DNA of 64,000 nt from Laetmonice hystrix (taxonomy: Eukaryota): the NCBI GenBank assembly GCA_965235115.1, contig OZ249436.1, positions 57,226,001 through 57,290,000 of the forward strand, in the 5' to 3' direction. Each line of letters opens with the position of its first letter. Position 1 is the first letter of the stretch. The translations under genes were made by a program, and so were the position numbers. Positions 11,326 through 23,620 of this stretch are shown one piece after another. A model generated the notes under the pieces. It saw nothing but the letters and a program-made list of their open reading frames with translations. It made no database searches and had not been told where the DNA came from.

Positions 11326-11641
11326 AGGGGGGGGGGGGGCATTGCCTTCCCTCCCCACACTCAGGAGTTAGGGGGGGGGGGGGCAGAGTATGTCCTCTTC
11401 CCCCCCCCCCAATATTAATGCTCCTGGAAAGGAATATTATCTTCATAGCTTTAATAAATAATGAATAAAGGTGGCCACAGATGAGTAAGTTATTTTGCAC
11501 AGAGGTATCACCAGATGGATTTCTATACTCAGACATCACACACCCCCATTAGACCCCCGGAAACCCGAAGTTTGTAAGATCAATTTTCCTTATTCAGTTA
11601 CCAGGTCGATGTCACAAGTTGCCACGAGTTTGTCATGATGC

Positions 11642-12087
11642 AAAATAAAAGAACAACGACTCAATTTTCTTCGAACTTTATTTAATCTCATCAACCATAA
11701 ACATTATTAGCAGCATTATTGTTATTAACATTATGAAAAGCGAAGAAAGACAATCAATTAATTTTCAACTTTCTCAAATTCCATGAACAATAACTATGAA
11801 TTACCATAATTTTAGGGCGTATAGAATATATTGATAATTTAGTACTCAGTCAGCTGCTACACTCCAGGCTGGTTCATGTTCATAGGCAATTCATTATGCT
11901 CATCTATCCATCGTGTTAATATTCAGTCATACGTTAGTACCGGTACATGTGTGAAAGAAAAAGTGACTCAATTATCTTTCAACTTTTTCAAACTACATAA
12001 ACATTGCCACTAAATATGAAGTACCATAATGTTGGAGCTTATAGCATTTACTTATGCATGTATAGCACTACTCAGTCCGCTGCTACA
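11642..12087. repeat. Old degenerate tandem repeat (two ~220-bp units plus a partial)
   Basis: (gac)tcaatt...ttc(g/a)aacttt at ~11658, ~11751 and ~11965; tactcagtc(a/c)gctgctaca at 11843 and 12069. Confidence 0.6.
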
Positions 12088-13959
12088 AGGAAATTATTTA
12101 GTATTGACAAGATGCTTACCGCGTCAGTGTTAGATGATAGTTTTAGAAAAATTGTAGCTGTGCAATGAAGTCGGTTTCTTGTACAGCTTACGATACCTGG
12201 GACTAAGGTGCCGTGAACTGTTATTTAAACATGGCCCTGTTGTTTTAATGTTTGCTGAGAGGATTGAAAAAAATCAATCATTGATGCAAAAGATCTCCTC
12301 GGGATGTTGTCACAGTCTGTGTGAGGACAAGTCTATCCGTAGTTGAGTTCATAAACATCATATGTTCATTGGATTTGTTGGTCAGGTGTGATCAGTACAT
12401 ATTGGCAAAGCTTGTCGGCCTGCATGCCTGTGTTCTGGCTGAAGTGATCGATTGCTGAAGGTCATGTAGAGGACTCGAACCTGCCATGTCGCGCTCCAGT
12501 GAACATGCCAAGGAACACTGAAAGGCAAACTATGTGCTCAAAGATGTACGTTTAATTACGGTACATTACATAATTATACCTTTTGAGAGGTTGGGAGATT
12601 TGGGGAGGGGTTTGGGAATCATCGTTGTTATAAAATGCAATATAATAACAAAAAGATTATGAATGAGTGTGTGACTTTTAGTACCTTCCATGGTGACACC
12701 ACACATTTTCTTTGAGGTTAATTTTTTTAGACGGTCGAGTAAATTCCAAAGGAAGAGTAATGCCTCACTCTGTTAGTCCTTAAAGATGAGGAAGGTGACT
12801 GGGGCCTATCTACCACTCTGAAGGTGACACTGGCAAGCCACGGCTTGTCGCAGGATGGTGTCTGGCCGAATAGTATATTTTAGGGTGGTTCGTTATTGAT
12901 GAATTCCGGGAATACGAGCTTTAGACAGGGTGATCTGTGTGGACATTATGTTTTGAATAATTCAGAGTATAATGATTCCACGCTCTGGCGGGAAGACTAC
13001 CCTAGCTGCCGGTTCAGGTTAGTAGTGGGGTACGGGTACAGGAGACACCCCTTCAGTCTGGTAGTTGTATCAGGTCAGCAGGTGCACTGTTGTTTGCCCG
13101 GGGGCAGGGTGGCGGGGGGGGGGGGGGGGTACAGGTACTCTGCCAGTACCCAGTACGCAGTATCAACGTAGTAAGGCACAACGCCAAAACAGGTGCTCAG
13201 GTGTGTATTGAAGTGACAGTGCAGGTGCAAAGAGGTTATTACAAGGTATGCAAATACTTTGTCTGGCTTAATCAGTGAATGGATAGGAACTCCAACCAAA
13301 TACACGATAGACATAACATCCAAAGTGCTGTTTTACTATATACTGAAGAATGGTCACAGCAGAAAGGCCACTCAACTGGTTACATCCAGTCAGTGCCGTA
13401 TGATCGTGAATAACGGTAACTGGTACTGCTATATATTACGGATAAGTCCTTTTCCCGTTTTCAAGCCTGTTGCCACCAATTCAACTTGAAGGTCCGCTCG
13501 GAACATAGGCATGGTTTTCAACACAATTCCAGTGTTCCAGTTACACGAGTAGAGAAGCGTGTTTTTTTTCTGTCATCATGGTTGTGATGATTTTTTTTTT
13601 TTTTTGGGGGGGGGGGGCGGGGGGAGCAGTTATCGGACCCTGTCACATGCAAACTTCTGAGATAAAAAGTGTTTTGTAGACATCCTAATTGGGTCTGATG
13701 AAAACAAGAAAGGCCTCTGAGTCTGTATTCGTCAATATTGAGATAATACGTGGCTAGGGTGCGTGTGGTCTGTCTGATCATACCGTGGTCGATGATCAAC
13801 TTCGCCAATATTGATCAAGATTTTATATCCCGTAGGATTTATTTCAAAACACTGTTCTACACTTGAATTCCTCGACTGACAACAATGTCAGTATTCACAT
13901 GACAATTCTTATGATAGAACAGATCCAGTCACTGCACATTCGGGCGCTGACGTTGGTTT

Positions 13960-14110
13960 GGTGGTCGGCGCTGTCGGTCGGTTTTCTCAATGGTGACCCC
14001 CAGAATGTCAGATGTCTTCGGCTCTGAGTAATGATCATTGGTACTTTACATGCGATGAACATGTGCCGATCCTTGTGGAACTGGTGAACTGGTAATAAGA
14101 TAATATCTGC
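13960..14110 (-). mobile_element. LINE (CR1/L2-like) RT C-terminal relic
   Basis: Minus frame DILGVTIEK (13982-14009), cf. LGVTID; preceded by a FIACKVPMII segment, cf. FEPSKCKAMII. Confidence 0.45.
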
Positions 14111-16242
14111 AACAGTTACTTTAGCTTTTGCAATCGTTATAGGTGATCACAGTTCCTGTGGTACTCGTCAGACAATAGATTCCTGTGGAACACTAAAGTT
14201 CAATAAGTCACTCAATCATTCCTTTACTTTATGGAAAAAAACTGAAAAACTGATTTCATTAGCGTCTCGCCGAAGTATCACATACTGATGCCATTGGCCA
14301 GCATTTAAATACTTCTTCTACGGGGATGGTTTCCCCCAACGAGACAAGGTAATTTGACACCATTTTGGTTAAATCGTCCACCTAGTAGGGATCATCAGAA
14401 CAAGAAAGTAGGAAGTATAGCAGTGAAGTAGAAGTACGCTTGTCGCCCGGCTATATATGTCACTAATTGTTAATTCCAAAGAGAAATGACATTATTAACC
14501 TTACTGACACGCAGAGAATAGTTTAGTTTAAAGAAACAGACATGGATTAAATTTTAACTAATAGTGAGATGTAAACTTCTCCGTACATTTCCCTGTAGTT
14601 TGAAGACTGGTTATCAATGCATTAATTTCCAAAATGGTAACTTGTCTAGAGCCGGAAGGTCCGTCGGAATATTACTTTGATATCACCGAGTTCCAAAGTG
14701 TTAAATAATTGAGACATCTGGGCTGGATAATTATTAACAAAATAACGTTCCTCATAGTAACAGACAGGCTCACACACTACGCCTTCTGTCTTATAGAGAC
14801 TCACCAAGCTGTATTCAATTAGGAAACTTGTGCATTGTCTTTGAAGTCCTTTTTTAGAAAGTTTAACCAAATCACAGAGACATTTGCATTGCCAAATTGA
14901 AATGTGGTTTGCCTTTGTAACTGATTTGAATATACTAATTGGCTGAGAAAAAGACGCCGCCTTTATTTTCCTTTATCTTATATTTGATTTGGCATTTCAG
15001 CAGGGAGTCTAGTTTTGCATTTGGTTAGAGTTGACAGATTTGGTCCATCCCTCATATATAAAAGAAGGCCCACAAAAGTATCTTTATAGGCCTGAATGTT
15101 GATGAGATTGGATTTATTGATTTTCTAGTTTGAAATGTATTCCAAACAAAACGGATGAGTAGAAGTGTAGTTCCTTTTTCAAGAAAAATTCTAGTATGTG
15201 ACTGAGAAGCAAAGAGAAGCAGGCAGGCAGGCAGGCTTACTTGCTATGTTGATCCTATCAAGAGAGAGAGTAGCTAGACCTGTGATAATAATCACGCCGC
15301 TGTGAGTAGTAGTTCAGCTGAAGAGGACAGAACACCAGCATTAAGGTTGAAGAGTCATGGCATAAAATACGTCTGATGTGTGACAAGTGTGTAATATAAA
15401 TTCATGCAAATTGCATAATAACCTTTGCATAAACCTCCAGGCAAGATATGATCACTAAGAGACACTCTTCTTGCAGTTGCATGACAATGGAAATATCATA
15501 AGTTCACCGATTTCTTGTATGAACACTTTGTGTGGATAATTCCTCAAACGTGCTACGTCGTTTTTGACTAATGTTGAAACAAGGAAAACTCTTCTTTTTC
15601 CAGTTTTTTTAATGGTCCATTTGTGTTTTCACTAATGGAGGTCATACATCAGTGGAGATTGGAATGGCGCTGTTTCCATAGTGATTTGTCAGCAGGGGGA
15701 AGCAGGGAGAGCATTCAAAGAGAGGAAACTGTCCATAACTCGCCCACAGAGGGCAGTATTAATATTGATGGATGTAGCCAAGCTGTGAATGATCACTGAT
15801 GCATCCTAGGCCTGCGCTTCATCCATCATTATTCCATGTCAATGTGTAAACGAGTTGGGTTTTCACAGAAACTGGGAGCTGTGGAGTAGCTTTATGATTA
15901 AATCAATGTAGATGAATGAAGGTCTGTCATAACTGACGGCATGGGTGGACAGAACCAATGGTTGCCGCCCGCCTACTTGCATGGCACTAGTGTTTATTTC
16001 ATTTTGAATATATAGCAGTTGAATCTTTTTGATGATGACGCAGAAAACCTGGTTGGTTGTTGTAACATGTGTTGTAACATAGACACAGAACTCAACCAGC
16101 TCAACTGTAGGTGGTTAGACGAAAATAACCTAGACTTCACTACGTGTGTCTGAGCATGCCGTGTTACGATATAATATCAGAAGTCAGCCTTAGAGGAATG
16201 ATTTTAATAATTTATTAATTTTCCTGTGCAGTATGAAAACGC

Positions 16243-16300
16243 ATGGCTTTCCAGCATGGAGGTGATTTAAATTTAACACATGTAGATGGATTTGTATTCA
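16243..16300 (+). mobile_element. Possible LINE APE relic in sense orientation
   Basis: FQHGGDLNLTHVD, cf. GDFNLPxIDW; the only + strand pol-like match I found. Confidence 0.3.
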
Positions 16301-16799
16301 TCATGGAAAAAGGAAACCAAATGGATGGCCGTGTTGATAAAGCATTTAGTAGCCGGTATGCAAGTACAACATCAATTTCCATGTTAATTTTAGTTCCAAA
16401 GTGTACTACTTGTTATGCTTTAGAAATAGGAAAAAGAAGCAAGAGGGTAACATCCGTATTATTGAATATTCTAAGTACAAGAATCCTCTGTAATGGAAAT
16501 TAGTGGATACTTATTTGAAAAGTGGGTAAGTAATGTAATTAGAAAGCCACCTGCTCGAGTGTTGGAATGTATTAATATTGTAATGTCGCTTTGAACGGAC
16601 AAAAAACTGGTCTTATTATTGTTTCCATCATTTATAGATTTCCCCCCGAATTAAACATGTCGTGGATCTACCATGATACCATCGGTATCTTCCCTTTTTC
16701 TTTGTCGTTCTAGGACACACTTTGCCGAATTACTTTTAAATGCTTAAAACCATTCATTGATCTAACTCTCTTATTTTTAGCCTAGGGATTTGTTGAACT

Positions 16800-17160
16800 T
16801 TTAGATTACGTACTCACCTGTTTTAGCAGCCCATATATAGAGTGGAAACAGTATATCCTGTTTGCCCTCGTCGTATCTCGTTTTTAGTGAAAAAGTGTCA
16901 GATGTTGGAGCCATTCCTTATAAGCACAATCATATTTGCACTTTTGTTGAATGTTATTCGGGTTTAAGAATGCATGTATCTACAAATCGTGGATGTCTCC
17001 AATTTAGCATTTTAAGGTTCAGACTATATGAGTTCGAAACGGCACCACTCAATTGATCAGTGAGCCTCTAAAATAGAATTTAGTGGGGTTTCTCCTTAAA
17101 CCGAGAATGGTGGAGTGTTGTTTAAACTACAGGAGTGGTGGGCGTTTGTATTTGTCATGG
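16800..17160 (-). mobile_element. LINE APE endonuclease relic
   Basis: TILGLRRNP...IGDIHDL*IHAFLNPNNIQQ...RNGSNI*HFFTKN, cf. IGVIYRPP / GDFNIDL / NLxQxV / IDxxFTN. Confidence 0.35.
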
Positions 17161-17178
17161 TTACTTATTAATCTTATT

Positions 17179-17510
17179 CTATATTGGGCTACCCCCGGCA
17201 GTTTGAATTAAAAAAAATACAATACATATTGTACAATCACTAACTGAAATGTTTCCTGCAGTGAAACGTATGATTGTAACATCGAATTGATTGAACTGGC
17301 CCCACCCAGCAACGTGGCTGACAGCGGAACCCGCTATCCAGCAACATGCGTTCCCTGGCGAGGACGTGGAATATGTGATGAAGGCCAGAACTCCGTGTTC
17401 AATTCCCTGTGGCACAGTGAACAAACACGCACGTTCGATACCGTAATATCGGGACTGAAACTGGACCAGCGCCACTCACTTGATAAACAGCATATTGGAC
17501 ATTAACCGTA
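17179..17510 (-). mobile_element. LINE RT relic (motif B/5)
   Basis: LVQF...TVPQGIEHGVLAFITY, cf. GVPQGSVLGPLLFLIY. Confidence 0.55.
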
Positions 17511-19719
17511 CACCCTACATAGTGCTAGCTAAATGATAATTCACGATTAGGCTATACGTGAACACTGCTTTATCTTCTTTTTGCTTTGATTCCCATTGGG
17601 ACTACAGTACCGGCAATTATTGTCCATGAGAGATTTTATAATACTCGTTCGAAGTACGTAGGCCAACAACTCCCAGTGTAGTTTTAATACAGGCCTGGAA
17701 AGAGGTATGACCTGAGACTGTGAGAGTTCAACCAGTCCGTAAAACTCAATAATATAAACTGTCTACAAACCAAGATTAGTAACCCTTGCCCATAGTGTAG
17801 TGGGTCAATGAATACAGACGTTATGATCGAGCACCTACTCAACCTTTTCCTTTCATAGGCTTACACAGGTGAGGCAATAGGAGAAACTGTATATTCAGAG
17901 TTAATGTATGTTTTTTTCAAACTAATATAAGAAATACCCAAAACACTTAAAGAGAGCACGATCGATCGATCGTGTAAAGAAAAGCCTTGGTGTTATCTTC
18001 ATGCCCTACATAGCAAAGTTTGTTGAAGGTATCTGAACTGAATTGCAGAAAGAACACGATCTGGGGAAAAACAGATTATGCTGGCATATGATTTCCCAAA
18101 GAGACTGAATATGTACGTACATGTATAAAAAGAAATAACGAGATAATATTGAACGCCTTAATTATTTGTCCTGATGACGACGTTTGGAGTCGCAATATGT
18201 TTCTTCTCAGTGCAAGGCGTGGAACTGGAAGCTGCACTTGTTAATAATTTTGATGTGACAGTGGGCCCATTGCTGTATTGGACTTCACAGGGTAGTGTAA
18301 CCGATTTCAACAGGCGTGTTTTCACATTATGTTGCCTTGAAGTACATTGAGTGTGCGTGGTTAGTTCAGTTCTCGTCAAGTAATGAACCATGAAACTGAA
18401 ATTTCAGACGGAATCTGATTTTGATGACCCGAAGAATATTAGTGTCTGTGGTACAGTGTACTTGGATATAATCTGAGAAAAGAAAAAGAACGTGGTAAAG
18501 GAGTACGTAGATGCAGTCTGAAGTCCCTAGAAGAGTACCCATCAATGAATATGTATCCTTTGAACGTTGCCTGAGGTTACTGAAGTTGCCATGAGAGGTA
18601 GTTGGCTGACAGAGGTGAAACCTATGAGTGGGACAGACCATGTAGAATAATAAACGGCTACCATAATAGAAACAATGGCAGTTTCATGACTTGAGAGCCT
18701 GCCAACGATAGACATACATCAACTTCAAACTCAGAATGTGAGGGGGGGAAGAGTTGCATAATTTACTAAATTCACGCGCTAATTAAAAATTAGATGACGT
18801 ACGAATTACCGTATAGTTCTTGATCTACGGGCAGCGCAGATGAAACAATCCACAGCTGTCTGGGACTATGGTGGGAAAATGTCCAATAATGACCTCACAC
18901 TCGAGCGCGGCCTTATTGAATCTCAACTGTCAGGGTTGGTCACCCGTGTAAGTGGGAGTCTGCCACCATTCCGCCCAAAACGTCTCTCCATAATGGTACT
19001 AGAAACTCCCACGGGATGTTACTGTGTCCATTTTCTCCTTATTAAGGCAGACATCTTTCTGCAGTTAGTCAGGCAGTCATCCAGCTAATCCAGCAAAGAC
19101 CATTATTCCCCAGCAGAAGGGTTTTCTACCCCTACTCATCCTTCAGCGGCAGGCACATTCAGAGATTAAAATGTGTTTGTTGGTGATAAGGTGCGTTGGG
19201 AACTTTGCAGGTGATGTTCTGCAGCTTGAATAGTAAGGGAGTTCAAAGGGGAAACTGGGTCATGAGGCCAAGGTTGATGTTAGTCTGGGTACGATGTCAA
19301 TGGTGTGTCAGTCACTGCCCTGAGGAGGGGATCTCGCGCTTTTGGTATTAGATTTAGAGTGTAAGACTTGCTTGCATCATCAGTTTGCCAGTTAGTAGTG
19401 TATTCTCATCAGTTTTAAAAGTACCAGCTCTAGTTAAAATTAAAAGACTTGGGTGAATGTACATCTGCAATACCGCTACTTCATAGTGCAGGAACTGGAA
19501 AACAATGCTTTTATTGCGTGTGCAACGTCTTTAACATGGTAAAACCGCCATGAAATTTGGGACTAGGATGAAATTTCATTTTAGGGAAGGGTTTGCAACG
19601 TGAATGGAGAAGAAATGATGTATGCCTTTTCATTATTGAGGTCCGTCAGGTCATCTTCAGTGTTACAACACCACATTGGTGACAATGTCATAATTGTGAC
19701 ATTATTTGACTGCAGAAGG

Positions 19720-19830
19720 CGCTGCACACAGCCTCCTGGTGGTTGTAATGTACATTAACCGAATCCCAGGACATAGCCCAGGAATACACACAGGGAACCG
19801 ACACACCCATTCGTGGGTGAAATTGTATAT
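19720..19830 (-). mobile_element. Gypsy RT relic
   Basis: CRF..(frameshift)CVFLGYVLG, cf. KCxF...VxFLGHVV. Confidence 0.4.
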
Positions 19831-20339
19831 TGTACACGTCACTGTATATACAGTGTACATGTACAGCCTTGTCAGAATGATATGGTGGGGGTTCACTGAC
19901 TTAGTCGATTTCTTGTGTTTTATATGGTGGAACAGAGAAAATATACAGGGGCGACCCCAGGAATTTTGGAAGGGGGGGGGGGAGGGGGCACCTTTTCCTG
20001 CCTCTTCTAACTTCAAAATGTGTCAGTAACAGGTCATTTTCCAGAAATGTATCCGCCACTGGAAAACAAATCTTACCGTATAACAGATAGCATCATTCCC
20101 ACACATTCCTACACCTGTATAGTTCTCATGTTTAGTGTTGGAAAGGACATTTTGTGCCAGATAGAGGTGCGGGTGGGAGAGGGGAACATGAGACAGAGAG
20201 GTGAAAACTGTAGTCTTGTGGCTGAAGTATTCCATGCTTGGCCTGGAGACTTATTTCAACAGTTTCAGTATGCCTGTGTGTACAGTGTTCTCGGATAGAC
20301 TGCAACCGTGTGGAATAGTAGTGGATTCGCAATAGTTGG

Positions 20340-20500
20340 CTCAATATACACTAATGAAACTGAATGCACGGAGGCTTTGAGGTGCGTTATAGTTGACTCA
20401 GGCAGTGTCTGGGAGGCAGACCAGCAACACAGTAATCGAGCAGTAGGTAATTGGTATGCACGGTTGATAATAGGGAACAGTACCAGGTGTTAGAGCGTCC
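20340..20500 (-). mobile_element. L2-like LINE post-RT relic
   Basis: LLDYCVAGLPPRHCLSQL*R, cf. RLDYCNSLLAGLP...LQRVQN. Confidence 0.5.
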
Positions 20501-20599
20501 ACTGTAGTGATAAAAAAAAAAGCTTTACAGTGATGGTAATTCAACTGATATGCATGTGGTTGCCCCAACAAGTGGACGGTTTCTGCCGATAAACCTTAT

Positions 20600-20750
20600 G
20601 TGCATGAGAGCAAATGCTGAAAACAAGGATTTCTGACTCTTTTTGTGTGATCTGTATGATATCTGTCTAATGGTCTCAACTCTGCCATAATCCTTTTGTT
20701 AGAGTGTAGCAACATTCTTTCCGGGCCAAGGTGTCTCTGAATGAGGACAC
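20600..20750 (-). mobile_element. Gypsy integrase zinc-finger relic
   Basis: HLGPERMLLH...DHTKRVRNPC, cf. HLGxERVxxLARxRFYWP. Confidence 0.45.
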
Positions 20751-21849
20751 CGATGGGAAGTAACGTCATAATGTATTAAAGAGCTCGCTGTATGGGACTG
20801 GCAAGCTAGAGGCTGAAGACTTAAATTTTATCATGAAAAGTACGGTATGCACGTATGATTATGTACATGTAGTTCCAATACGTTGAATGACACAATTGTT
20901 TCCCATACATTTGTACAAGGTGAACATGAAAACTGACGATTTAAATCCATTCTGAGGAAGAGTTTTTCTTTTATGTGACAGTCCTTCGATGATTTATTTC
21001 GCTCCATCTAGTCCCATCTCAGGTAGCATTAAAAGGAATGCAGGAGGTTATTCAAATCGCATCTATAAAACAATACGTATTGGAACATGAATTTGATCCA
21101 GTCAAGCTACCTTGAAAGCTCAGAGACATTTTGTCGCTACTGAATTATCGAAATGTCTGAGTATTGTTGTGTATTTCTCCCAAGTGGCAGTCCGGTACAG
21201 CTGGTTGTCGTGATAGCCTTGTTTGGCTCAGCAGATACGGAGGAGTAAATTGGCGACCTTGTGAAACGCAGCAAGCGCTGGCTAGGCACCGCCCTGGTCG
21301 ATGGCTATCTGCGCCCTATTGGCCTTGTCTGCCAGACTGGCTGGCTTACTGGTTGGCCACGAGCTGCAAGCCATAAATCTTAGTGCAGCTGTCCCTGCGG
21401 GTATTGCCCGAGACTAAATCATTACTGTATCAGAAAACTTTGTTTTACACGAAATAACCTTGTAGAGCTTGAGTGTCACTTATCGGTTAGACAAGCGAAT
21501 ACCAGCTAGGGATACGTCCTCACTGAAAGAATGTAGTCCTAGGATGTTGACTTTGCATTGCATTGGAAAAAGATAGATTGTATGATAGGTTGGTAAATTT
21601 TTAGTACCAGTGTTATCTCCACAAAATTAATGGTTTTTTTTGCATTGCAAACACGACTGGCGCATGAGACTGTGGCAAATATCGTTATCAGAATAGGGAT
21701 TTGGTAAAAATCAATTACGAAAATTTGGTATTTTTATTATTTAAAAGACTGAAGAGAGAATAAACAATTTGTTGAATGAGTATTAAGTTACTGTTTTCGG
21801 TGAAGAAAAACAACTTTCAGAAAGGCTGTATTGAAGGTAAATTTTGATA

Positions 21850-22010
21850 ATTAAGTACCAGCGACATGGATAATAGGTTGTTTGAAGAGAACCAGTCGAT
21901 TTGCCCCGAGGAGTTTGAAGTCCGGGCTTTGCCAGTGCCGCCACCTGGTATGTAAGAGACACATCAGAGCGGCCTCTGGTGGAGATCGATGGTACCATTA
22001 AACGTCTCCG
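21850..22010 (-). mobile_element. Gypsy integrase core relic
   Basis: ETFNGTI, cf. ERFNxTL; QTPRGKSTG in a neighbouring frame, cf. RTTPHxSTG. Confidence 0.4.
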
Positions 22011-22379
22011 AAATAATCTTGCCCAGTCACATTGTTAGGGTGTGATCATGCAGCCTGTGTTATTGGCCTGACTCTTCATATTTGTTTTTGGTTTGATGCA
22101 CTATAGACTGACGATTAATTATCTGCACATGTGGCTTGGAGTCCACCAATTGCCACATTTTAGAAATTGCGCTTATTCCAAATTTTATACAACTGACTTT
22201 CAATGTCAATCTTCTGGGTTATTTTCTCTGTAGTGAATATTATATTGTAGCTGATCACACTTCCTTCTTAACTGCGTATTTAAAAATAGAGCTGAAGTCA
22301 AAGGTTAGCCTCTAATGTATTGTTGCCTGATTGGATTGAACTGCGTGGTTCCTTGGGGAGTTTCTCGGTAGCAAAATGA

Positions 22380-22540
22380 TTTTCCCTTAATAGTGATCCT
22401 GGCATACTGATGCAGTTGATTCGGCATGTTATAGTTTTTGTGTTGTAGCCTACAGGTGTATATCTCATCCAGAATTACAAGAGTATATCCCCGTAATTGG
22501 CAGGGTATTCTTATATCAGTAAAGTGCAGAGCATGGTAAT
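22380..22540 (-). mobile_element. LINE RT N-terminal relic
   Basis: PANYGDILL, cf. PxNYRGITLL. Confidence 0.4.
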
Positions 22541-23369
22541 GTGTTTGTCTTATTAAGTCATAAAATTTTTGTACGCTGACTATAAGGACAATTATTCTTT
22601 GTCCACATGATCAAATTATTATTTAGAGAGCCACTTTACCTGATTGGCCGTGACCCAGGTAATGTTTGACTCTTGGAAACAATGTCGTATATTCAATTCA
22701 ATAAACTCTATGATAATCATGTCATTCCCAAAATAATGAATGATAATAAAATTATTCTCTTTATGACTATATTTTAAATTATATGTGAAATTGGCCTGCC
22801 GTGACATGATTATGAAGACATTGTACAGGTGTTTTAACCCTTGCACTGCTGCCTACTTACCGGATAACTGATACCTGTACTGGTGATGCATTGAGTTTTG
22901 TTCTTGGCAGAAGTTTATGAATAAGTTTGCAAGATACAAAATATTGTGTGCACCTATTATATCGCCTATTTTCAACCAATAGTTTAAGAAATACAATCTG
23001 TATATACAATGGCAGAGTTCCATTGGTTAAAGTTTGAAAGTGATATAGCCTGAGCAAAGATTTAAATTTATAGCCTTTGGTGGGATATTATCATCCATAT
23101 GGAAAAATGACTTTGGAATATTGATTGATGTAGAACGTTGTTTCACAGACAGAGGTAAACGGATGGATAACCTGCCAGTAAAAGTGAGGCGTGGAGGAAG
23201 TTTACGGGAGAGATTAGTAGTCTACGGAATACATTTCTGTTTCGGGCAGCTCCATCTCAGACTGTAGTGACAGTAACAGCCCCATTTGTGGACCTTTGGC
23301 GCGGCTGATTAGGTAGTTACATCCTCTTATAAATCTGTAACTTAGTTTAGGTCAGGAAGCCAGGCTGGT

Positions 23370-23620
23370 TCAGCCAAGGCTTGCTGCTGTTGCCGGTCTG
23401 GTACCAGAGAAAGGGAGTATGGTTGTTGGAGTGGTCCCCCGCTGTAATTGCACATTAGTGTGTTGCCAGACCTTGCATAGTGAACGTTTGGGGGCACACG
23501 ACGTAGTACGACGCAGCTTCGTATTTAACACAGGGGGACGAAAGGTCGAGAAGGAAATTCGGGACAAAAAGTCTTCTTTGTCAAGTCAGTATTGCGCTGC
23601 TAAAATCGACGAGTGTTGGA
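23370..23620 (-). mobile_element. LINE RT relic (Rex1/Babar-like)
   Basis: LVDFSSA (within 23581-23616), then ISFSTFRP...TTSCAP, cf. LFxDFSSAFNT...FLTxRPQ...TGAPQG. Confidence 0.55.

Noticed and set aside
12471-12481. Perfect Pol III B-box (GGTTCGAGTCC, - strand) as a tRNA gene
   Set aside because: No A-box at proper spacing and no cloverleaf; at most a SINE remnant
12250-12540. Tyrosine-recombinase-like LGMFTGAR on the - strand
   Set aside because: Single short motif with no other catalytic residues identifiable
18171-18196. Hammerhead ribozyme-like CTGATGA + stem
   Set aside because: Lacks the GAAA after stem II and the G-C closing pair; no stems I/III
18211-18292. Exon-like segment reading QGVELEAALVNNFDVTVGPLLYWTSQG (longin/DENN-like FD..GP)
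   Set aside because: Phase does not join the 9234 donor, the donor is weak and the similarity is too short to support
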